From Candidatus Melainabacteria bacterium 17Bon1m (GTDB lineage: Bacteria > Cyanobacteriota > Vampirovibrionia > Obscuribacterales > Obscuribacteraceae): a DNA stretch of 64,000 bases. The position numbers and the translations under genes were made by a program. The number at the start of each line of letters is the position of its first letter. Within the stretch, counting starts at the first letter, position 1. Under the pieces are notes generated by a model. It had not been told where the DNA came from and ran no database searches. It saw only the letters and a list, made by a program, of their open reading frames with translations. The stretch lies in NCBI GenBank assembly GCA_032128875.1, contig JAVLKG010000002.1, positions 896,001-960,000 on the forward strand, read 5' to 3'. Positions 56,604-64,000 of this stretch are shown here, piece after piece.

Positions 56604-59600
56604 TTAGATGGTTGCGCGTCCTGTTGATGCTTCGCGCGTGTTTATGTTCTGGTGATAATCCTGCAATGCCCGTACGGCAATTGAGCCTGATTGCATTGCG
56701 GCAATCGCTGAAGCTGTCGCCCGAGCTCCGGCAAGCGTAGTTACTACAGGAACGTTGTAGTTCACTGAAGCCCTGCGGATCATCTGGTCGTCATCGCGAG
56801 CCGTACGTCCTGATGGAATATTGATTACCAGCTGGATTTCACCGTTCTTAATGCGATCGACCAGGTTTGGACGTCCTTCCGAAACCTTGTTGACCACAAT
56901 TGCAGGAACGCCAGCCGACTTGATTGCCGCTGCTGTTCCGCGCGTTGCCACAAGTTCGAAACCGAGTTGATATAGGCTTTGCGCAACCAGCACCACTTCT
57001 TGTTTGTGTACGTCTGAAACGCTCACAAAAATGCGACCCTTGGTCGGCAGTTTGTGACCGGCAGCAATCTGAGCTTTTGCAAATGCCTGACCAAACTGCG
57101 TCGAGATGCCCATCACCTCGCCAGTAGAGCGCATTTCGGGTCCGAGTGAAATCTCGGCGCCAGGAAAACGCTTAAAAGGAATAACAACCGACTTAACCGA
57201 AACATGTGGCGGCAGCAGTCTGGGTGAGATCCCCAATTCGGACAAACTCTTGCCGACCATAACAGCTGCAGCTAATTTAGCCCATGGTACGCCCGTAGCT
57301 TTAGAGACAAAAGGCACAGTGCGACTGGCTCTCGGGTTGACTTCCAGAATGAAGAGTTCTTCTTCCCTCACAGCAAACTGAATGTTCATCAAACCGATTA
57401 CTTTCAGTTCGCGCGCCAAGTCGTTGGTTATCTTCCTGATTTCCTCGACAATCTTGAGAGGAATGGATTGCGTCGGCAACACGCAAGTGCTGTCACCCGA
57501 GTGAATGCCGGCTTCTTCGACGTGTTCCATAATGCCAGCGACGATCGTTGCACGACCATCGGAAATTGCATCGACGTCGATTTCAATTGCATTTTCCAAG
57601 AATTCATCGATAAGAACTGGCGTGTCAGGCGACACTAAGAAGCCGGATGCAAGCCATCTGGAAAATTCTTCTTCGCTGTAGATAATTTGCATTGCTCTGC
57701 CGCCCAGCACATAGCTTGGTCTGACCAGGACTGGGAAACCCACTCCTCGAGCCGCTGCCAGTGCTTCGTCCGGAGTTTTGGCAATCGCGCCTTTTGGCTG
57801 TTTGAGTTTCAGTCGTTTGATCAACTGACCAAAACGCTCGCGATCTTCTGCGATGTCGATCGATTCCGGTGACGTGCCGAGAATCTTGAATCCACGCGCT
57901 TCCAGACCTTTGGCAATCTTAAGGGGCGTTTGTCCGCCCAGCTGAACAATAATACCGTGCGGTTTTTCAACATCGGCGATATTAGTCACATCCTCGAGAG
58001 TCAGCGGTTCGAAATAGAGTCTGTCTGATACGTCGTAATCAGTAGACACTGTCTCGGGATTGGAGTTGACCATTACTGATTCAAAACCAAGGTCTCTCAT
58101 CGCCATAGTGGCATGGACGCAGCAGTAGTCGAACTCGATTCCTTGTCCGATTCTGTTGGGTCCACCGCCTAGGATCATAATGCGAGGTTTTTCTGCCGGC
58201 GGTACTTCCGATTCTTTTTCGTACGTTGAATAAAGATACGGAGTTGTAGCTTGAAATTCTGCCGCGCATGTATCGATCGTTTTATATGCAGGCACCACAT
58301 TCAGTTTTTTGCGTAACTGATAGATTTCTTCTTCCGTAGACGAGGTCAGGTGCGCGATATGCACGTCGCTAAAACCCATACGTTTGAGACGATACAGTTC
58401 ATCCTTATCCAAATTAGCTGGCGTGAGTTTTCTCTCCTTCACTTCTTTTGCTGTGTAGTGCAGGTCGACCAGATTGTCGATAAACCATGGATCAATAGAA
58501 GTTAGGTCTGTCACTTCTTCAGGCGAAATACCGGCTTCTAATGCACCAATTAAATCGGTGATTCTGTGATGGGAAGGAACCGACAAACGACGGCGCCATT
58601 CCCAAAAATCCGCTTTCAATCGAGAAGCTACAGGGGAGAAGCCCGGCAGACCCAACTCGAGACCACGCAAGGCCTTTTGAATTGCTTCTTGGAACGTGCG
58701 ACCGACAGCCATGACTTCGCCGACAGACTTCATCTGCGTTGTAAGCGTGGTGTCCGACCCGCGAAACTTTTCGAAATTGAATCGTGGCACTTTGGCGACT
58801 ACATAATCAAGAACCGGTTCGAATGACGCCGGTGTCGTGCCAGTGATGTCGTTAGCAATTTCATCCAGTGTTAGCCCGATAGCCAGTTTGGCAGCGATTT
58901 TCGCTATTGGGTAACCAGTTGCTTTACTCGCCAATGCAGATGACCGCGAAACCCGTGGGTTCATCTCAATAACAACGATGCGTCCCGATTTCGTGTCCAC
59001 ACCGAATTGAATATTTGAACCACCAGTATCCACGCCGATTGCACGAATAACTTTTATCGCAGCGTCTCTAAGCGCCTGATACTCTTTGTCGCTCAATGTT
59101 TGCACAGGCGCCACAGTAATTGAATCACCTGTGTGCACGCCCATCGCATCGAAATTCTCGATGCCGCAAATAATCACCACATTATCCAGGCGGTCGCGCA
59201 TGACCTCCAACTCGATTTCTTTCCAGCCGAGCACGCTTTCTTCCAGCAGAATCTCGCTCACCGGGCTGGCATTCAAACCATTCAATGCGATATCGTGCAA
59301 TTCTTCGTGATTGTAGGCTATGCCACCACCGGCGCCACCTAAAGTGAAAGCCGGGCGAATGATGATTGGAAAACCGATTTCTTGTGCAATTTTGTCTACT
59401 TCTGACAGATTCCTTGCGATGCCGGAATTGGGCACAAATAATCCGATTTCTTGCATTTTGTTCTTGAAAAGGTCACGGTCTTCAGCAAGTTTGATCGCGT
59501 TTAGTTTGGCGCCAATCAGTTCGACCTTGTGCTCATCAAGAAAACCCGATTCAGCTAGTTCCACTGCGACATTGAGCGCCGTCTGCCCACCCATTGTCGG

Positions 59601-59864
59601 CAACAGCGCATGTGGCTTTTCGATAGCAATGACTGCCATCGCCACTTCTTTAGTAACGGGCTCAATATAGGTCCGGTCGGCGACCTCGGGATCCGTCATG
59701 ATCGTCGCTGGATTGGAGTTGATGAGGATAACCTCGTAACCCTCTTCCTTTAACGCCTTGCAGGATTGCGTGCCCGAATAATCGAATTCACACGCCTGCC
59801 CGATAGTAATTGGACCCGCACCTAAAACAAGAATCTTCTTTATATCTGTTCGTTTTCCCTGCAT
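56604..59864 (-). CDS. carB: Carbamoyl-phosphate synthase large subunit
   Basis: [48 protein letters not shown] domain. Start set at ATG 59864. Confidence 0.98.
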   Translation of the reverse strand: MQGKRTDIKKILVLGAGPITIGQACEFDYSGTQSCKALKEEGYEVILINSNPATIMTDPEVADRTYIEPVTKEVAMAVIAIEKPHALLPTMGGQTALNVAVELAESGFLDEHKVELIGAKLNAIKLAEDRDLFKNKMQEIGLFVPNSGIARNLSEVDKIAQEIGFPIIIRPAFTLGGAGGGIAYNHEELHDIALNGLNASPVSEILLEESVLGWKEIELEVMRDRLDNVVIICGIENFDAMGVHTGDSITVAPVQTLSDKEYQALRDAAIKVIRAIGVDTGGSNIQFGVDTKSGRIVVIEMNPRVSRSSALASKATGYPIAKIAAKLAIGLTLDEIANDITGTTPASFEPVLDYVVAKVPRFNFEKFRGSDTTLTTQMKSVGEVMAVGRTFQEAIQKALRGLELGLPGFSPVASRLKADFWEWRRRLSVPSHHRITDLIGALEAGISPEEVTDLTSIDPWFIDNLVDLHYTAKEVKERKLTPANLDKDELYRLKRMGFSDVHIAHLTSSTEEEIYQLRKKLNVVPAYKTIDTCAAEFQATTPYLYSTYEKESEVPPAEKPRIMILGGGPNRIGQGIEFDYCCVHATMAMRDLGFESVMVNSNPETVSTDYDVSDRLYFEPLTLEDVTNIADVEKPHGIIVQLGGQTPLKIAKGLEARGFKILGTSPESIDIAEDRERFGQLIKRLKLKQPKGAIAKTPDEALAAARGVGFPVLVRPSYVLGGRAMQIIYSEEEFSRWLASGFLVSPDTPVLIDEFLENAIEIDVDAISDGRATIVAGIMEHVEEAGIHSGDSTCVLPTQSIPLKIVEEIRKITNDLARELKVIGLMNIQFAVREEELFILEVNPRASRTVPFVSKATGVPWAKLAAAVMVGKSLSELGISPRLLPPHVSVKSVVIPFKRFPGAEISLGPEMRSTGEVMGISTQFGQAFAKAQIAAGHKLPTKGRIFVSVSDVHKQEVVLVAQSLYQLGFELVATRGTAAAIKSAGVPAIVVNKVSEGRPNLVDRIKNGEIQLVINIPSGRTARDDDQMIRRASVNYNVPVVTTLAGARATASAIAAMQSGSIAVRALQDYHQNINTREASTGRATI

Positions 59865-60120
59865 CTTAAATTTTTGGCTCCCAGTCAGCCATTGGATCTT
59901 ACATCCCTGGGGCACTTGACTGAACTGGTGAGGGGCTCAAGCAAACAAATCGAGATGAGACATAGACACCAACTCGATAAAAACTATTCTTGACATCGTT
60001 TTAAATGAACTCTGGTGGTGGCAAGAATAGAAGTAAGAGCAGTCGATGGCTGACTGCGTTTTAAGCAAAGGCTGATTTTAGATTGGCTGTCTCCGTTCGG
60101 GACGGCTCTGGGGGGATCTT

Positions 60121-61170
60121 ATGTCAATGTGCATGCAGAGAAAGTCTCTGCTAAACCTTGGCGCGAAGTTTTTGCGCGTTTTTATCTTGAGTGCTCTGGT
60201 CGTATCCCTTATGCCTAGCCAGTCTTTGGCTGGGGTAATGAGAGACGACGAAGCCAAACTGGCAAAGCAAGTGGGCTTGCCCGTTTATGAGTGGAAAAGC
60301 GATTCTGTAGAAACCCGAGGAGTGGCGATTCTGGTCCATGGACTGACCATGCACGGGGCGATCTATGACAAACTGGCGCGGCATCTAGCCGAGAAGGGTC
60401 TGATCGTCTTGGCGCCTGACCTTCACGGGTACGGTCGCTGGGCTGACGCGCCCAGCGAACAACGCCATTGCAAGGAATGCGGTGCTCAAGTTTGCTACCA
60501 AAAGAGCCGCAGGGAGCTTCTGGGTCTTGTCGACTCGGTCAAAGAGACATATCCTTCCCTTCCTCTTTATATGATCGGCGAAAGCCTTGGTGGCGATATG
60601 GTCTTGTACTGTGCCGGACAGCGCCCAAAAGCGATTGAAGGCATTGTGCTGTCCAGTCCTGCCATCAAGCGCCGTACAAATCTGGTTCCGCGGGTCTTCT
60701 GGGACGCTGGTCTTGTCAGCCATAACCTGTTCCGCCAGGTCAACCTGATTCCCTACATGAAAAAGTTCGCTTCAGAAGATCCACGCATCGTTGATGAAGC
60801 CGTTCACGATCCTCTCGTGAGGAAGAAGCTGACTGCATGGGAGCTTTTCAAAACTATGCGCACGATCAAGGCTTCGCTGCGCTACGCAGACCAAGTGCCC
60901 GCCGATATGCCGGTCTTGGTGCTTCAAGGCGATAAAGACCGCATGCTCAAGAGCAATGCAGTTTGCGACCTTCTCAAGCATTTAAGCTCGAGGGACCGCA
61001 CAGTTAAATGGTTCAAGGATAAAGGGCATCTTCTGCTCGAAACTGCCTACCTCGAGGAAGACACACTGGTAGCCGTTGATGGTTGGTTAAAAACGCACCT
61101 CAACAACGGCAACGTGGCCGATGCCTCTGTTACTGGCGTGGTTAAAGAGTCGGTGGTGTCCAGCAACTAG
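60121..61170 (+). CDS. Alpha/beta hydrolase (lysophospholipase/monoacylglycerol lipase family), exported
   Basis: LVHG, DLHGYG, GESLGG nucleophile elbow, LQGDKD, KGHLL. Confidence 0.88.
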   Translation: MSMCMQRKSLLNLGAKFLRVFILSALVVSLMPSQSLAGVMRDDEAKLAKQVGLPVYEWKSDSVETRGVAILVHGLTMHGAIYDKLARHLAEKGLIVLAPDLHGYGRWADAPSEQRHCKECGAQVCYQKSRRELLGLVDSVKETYPSLPLYMIGESLGGDMVLYCAGQRPKAIEGIVLSSPAIKRRTNLVPRVFWDAGLVSHNLFRQVNLIPYMKKFASEDPRIVDEAVHDPLVRKKLTAWELFKTMRTIKASLRYADQVPADMPVLVLQGDKDRMLKSNAVCDLLKHLSSRDRTVKWFKDKGHLLLETAYLEEDTLVAVDGWLKTHLNNGNVADASVTGVVKESVVSSN

Positions 61171-61199
61171 ATTCATTGATTTGCAGTTTCAGGCACCTT

Positions 61200-62342
61200 T
61201 TAGCGATAGGGTGCGAGCTTCTCCTTGAGGCGGAACTGCAAATTAGTGTTGTTGGGGGCTGTGTTTGAGTTGTATTCCCATTGATTGCTGAGTCCGGAAT
61301 TGGACCAGGTATTCGGTTTCAGAAATGGGAATTTGATTGTCGGATCGAGAAATGTCGCGGAGCGCGGCACAGGCACGTTTGGCTTCTCGAGTACACGTGC
61401 ATCGGCAAGTACTTTGCGAACATCTTCAATCGGGGTCGAACCTGCCTTGCTGCCTCGGATGTCAGTCATCGCAATGACGCCTATCGCTTCAAAATTCTGA
61501 TTGAGCAGTGGCCCGCCTGAATTTCCCGGCTCTACTTTCAAGTCAGTTGCAATCACGCTGCGATTTGGGTCTTCGCCAGGTAAGAGCCCGCCCTGTATTC
61601 GCTCTTTGCCGTCTGGCGTGTAGAGCATCGATGCCAGAGTGACTTTGCCTTTGAATCCACCAGGCAAGAAACCCGACCCATCGGCAGCTAAGAACATTTT
61701 GTTTTGAGAGAATTGAGCAGGCGACTCATATGCGGAAGGCTGTTGCCAGCGTCCGCCGACTGAAAGAAATAATTCTTTGACCCCGCGTGGATAACCGAGT
61801 GCCGAAACCCTTTCGCCGGGTTGCAAATCACTATTCTCTGCCATCTTGAGAGGCTTGAATGTCTCGCCCGGTTGGCGCTGGAGGCGCAAAACCGCAAGCT
61901 CTGTCTTGGGATCGAGGTGCTCGACTTCTGCCTTGTATTTCTTGCCGTCCGGCAAAGTCACAGTAAGGCTTTCCGGCTTTGCATCTTTGACTACGTGATA
62001 GCCTGTGACCACCCGTCCGTCTGCAGTTGCGACGAATCCGCTTCCCACCGAGGGAGCCTTTTTGTCTGAACCCGCCGGCTGGGGCTGGTTTGACGTGGAC
62101 TCGACATAAACGACGCTTTCTCTGGCTTGTTTGTACATCGCCACAGTGCCGCTATTGATGCGGTAGGCTGTGACGTCATTGGGGTCCCAACGGTCTCCCG
62201 GCAATTGAGTGGGGATGCGCTCGAAACCTTCACGCAGGGGGCGCGGCTGCGCGTCCGATTGCAGCTTGTCATTGAGAGAAGCTTGGTCGGTTTTATTTTT
62301 CTGCCATTCGGACAGAAATCCCGGGATTTCGAATTGACCCAT
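61200..62342 (-). CDS. Trypsin-like (S1C/HtrA-like) serine protease without PDZ domain or signal peptide
   Basis: GSGF, VTGYHVV, TELAVL, ALGYP, PGNSGGPLLN. Confidence 0.82.
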   Translation of the reverse strand: MGQFEIPGFLSEWQKNKTDQASLNDKLQSDAQPRPLREGFERIPTQLPGDRWDPNDVTAYRINSGTVAMYKQARESVVYVESTSNQPQPAGSDKKAPSVGSGFVATADGRVVTGYHVVKDAKPESLTVTLPDGKKYKAEVEHLDPKTELAVLRLQRQPGETFKPLKMAENSDLQPGERVSALGYPRGVKELFLSVGGRWQQPSAYESPAQFSQNKMFLAADGSGFLPGGFKGKVTLASMLYTPDGKERIQGGLLPGEDPNRSVIATDLKVEPGNSGGPLLNQNFEAIGVIAMTDIRGSKAGSTPIEDVRKVLADARVLEKPNVPVPRSATFLDPTIKFPFLKPNTWSNSGLSNQWEYNSNTAPNNTNLQFRLKEKLAPYR

Positions 62343-62610
62343 GTTTTGAACTAATACTGGTCGGGTTCGGTGGAAGACCTATTACTTTAAAGATCTAAGC
62401 CAGGGCAGTCACTGGGAAATTTACGTAGTGAACTTTCAGTGCAGCACCGGTTGAAACTTTCGCGAGGCAGCCGGGTTCGTTACAAAACGGACCTCATTAT
62501 CCGTCGGTAAAACTTAGTAAAACGCCTCGAATTAATTCGCTGTTTTCCTTCCATCGATAAAATCTGCATATTCAAAAGAGGCATATACCTACATCGGGTG
62601 GATTGAATAG

Positions 62611-64000
62611 ATGACCGCATCTACAAAAATAGCTGACCAGACAAAGAACAATCAGATTTTCGATCGCAAACCGTTGTCCGACGGCGAACTGCAAGATATA
62701 GATGCTTACTTCCGTGCCGCCAATTACTTGTCGGTCGGACAAATCTATTTGCTTGCCAATCCCCTGCTCAAAGAGCCTTTGAAAATTCAGCATGTGAAGC
62801 CGCGTTTGCTAGGACACTGGGGCACGACACCCGGTCTGAATTTGATCTACGCGCATTTGAACCGTCTGATTAGACAGCGCGATTTGAATGTCATTTACAT
62901 CACTGGTCCCGGGCACGGAGGACCAGGCTTGGTTGCCAACACTTACCTGGAAGGTACCTACAGCGAGTTCTACCCGCGCATTGGGCAGGACGAAGAAGGC
63001 TTGCAATTACTTTTCAAACAATTCTCGTTTCCGGGTGGCATTCCCAGCCACGTTGCGCCTGAGACACCAGGCTCGATTCACGAAGGCGGTGAACTTGGCT
63101 ATGCGCTGACTCACGCTGCCGGTGCGATTTTTGATAATCCATCTTTGACTGCTTGCTGTGTTGTCGGTGATGGTGAAGCAGAGACAGGTCCTATGGCCGG
63201 AAGCTGGCATTGGAATAAATTCGTTAATCCAAAACGCGATGGCGCTGTACTGCCGATTTTACACCTCAATGGTTACAAAATCGCCAATCCCACCATTTAC
63301 GGAAGAATGGCTGATGATGAGCTACAAAGCTTGTTCGAAGGGCGCGGGTATGAGCCTATTTTTGTTGAGGGCGATGAACCACTGGTGGTGCACCAGTTAA
63401 TGGCTGCGGCTCTCGAATATTGCTTCGACCGCATCGCCGCAATTCAAAAAGATGCTCGTGAAAATGGTGTCGACGCTCGTCCCCAGTGGCCTATGATCGT
63501 GATGAGAACGCCAAAGGGCTGGACTGGACCGAAGATTGTCGATGGCAAAAAAGTTGAAGGAACTTACAGGTCGCACCAGGTTCCTCTTTCTGAATTGAAG
63601 ACCAAGCCTGAGCATCTGAAGCAATTGGAAGAGTGGTTGAAGAGTTATAAACCTCAAGAACTTTTCGAAAAGGATGGCAGTTTGAAAAAACATCTCAAAG
63701 AGCTTGCGCCGAAAGGCGAAAAGCGCATGGGAGCGAACCCTCATGCCAATGGCGGTGTGTTATTGCGGGACTTGAAACTGCCGGAATTTGAGAAGTATGC
63801 AGTTGAAGTAAAGAAGCCAGGTACCGTTGAAGCGGAATCGATTTCTGCAATGGGCAAATATTTGCGCGACGTCATGAAGATGAATGACAGTCATAAAAAT
63901 TTCCGGATTTTTGGTCCGGATGAAACGGCTTCTAACCGCTTGTCTGCTGTCTTCGAAGAAACCAACAGAGTGTCGATGGAGCCGATTACAAAAGACGACG
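62611..64000 (+). CDS. xfp: Phosphoketolase (XFP family), 3' end runs off the window
   Basis: Not in ORF track. Manual translation: [16 protein letters not shown]...[13 protein letters not shown]...GPGHG...[10 protein letters not shown]...[11 protein letters not shown]...GDGEAETGP...[14 protein letters not shown]. Confidence 0.96.
   Translation, partial: MTASTKIADQTKNNQIFDRKPLSDGELQDIDAYFRAANYLSVGQIYLLANPLLKEPLKIQHVKPRLLGHWGTTPGLNLIYAHLNRLIRQRDLNVIYITGPGHGGPGLVANTYLEGTYSEFYPRIGQDEEGLQLLFKQFSFPGGIPSHVAPETPGSIHEGGELGYALTHAAGAIFDNPSLTACCVVGDGEAETGPMAGSWHWNKFVNPKRDGAVLPILHLNGYKIANPTIYGRMADDELQSLFEGRGYEPIFVEGDEPLVVHQLMAAALEYCFDRIAAIQKDARENGVDARPQWPMIVMRTPKGWTGPKIVDGKKVEGTYRSHQVPLSELKTKPEHLKQLEEWLKSYKPQELFEKDGSLKKHLKELAPKGEKRMGANPHANGGVLLRDLKLPEFEKYAVEVKKPGTVEAESISAMGKYLRDVMKMNDSHKNFRIFGPDETASNRLSAVFEETNRVSMEPITKDD

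Noticed and set aside
62572-63744. Short ORFs listed in the track at the right end
   Set aside because: All are shadows of the phosphoketolase gene, which the track omitted because it has no stop in the window.
1-64000. tRNA, rRNA, CRISPR array, IS elements, HIP1 (GCGATCGC) enrichment
   Set aside because: None seen by eye; only a few HIP1 octamers were noticed and no formal count was made.

Overview
Gene-dense bacterial chromosomal segment of roughly even GC content. I found no rRNA, tRNA, CRISPR array, transposase or phage genes. Gene content suggests, by inference only, a non-photosynthetic cyanobacterial relative (Vampirovibrionia/Melainabacteria, Obscuribacterales-like). The left 8.7 kb is one minus-strand respiratory operon: ccoN, ccoO with an extra cyt c domain, ccoS, a small CcoP-N-like protein, a diheme cyt c lipoprotein, a Rieske protein, cyt b #1, two small membrane proteins, cyt b #2 fused to 2x[4Fe-4S], and an MvhD-like [2Fe-2S] protein that the ORF track missed and the window edge truncates. 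The two cytochromes b look complementary. #1 keeps the Qo-type motifs and heme bL ligands but has lost both heme bH histidines. #2 keeps all four histidines and carries a ferredoxin domain. This suggests an asymmetric complex III that passes low-potential electrons to a cytoplasmic Fe-S wire. The rest is housekeeping and signalling: pth, gcvPA, lepB, GAF/HD-GYP, a catalytically degenerate RNase J, acyl-CoA ligase, an ICM-type acyl-CoA mutase, hutU, lysC, ilvE, a CsgG-like protein, alaS, nadK, murT, deoC, carB, an alpha/beta hydrolase, a trypsin-like protease, phosphoketolase, five Ser/Thr kinases and several TPR proteins. An unannotated promoter, 23-codon ORF and hairpin unit lies between deoC and carB. 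All calls rest on motif recognition by eye; no database searches were run.
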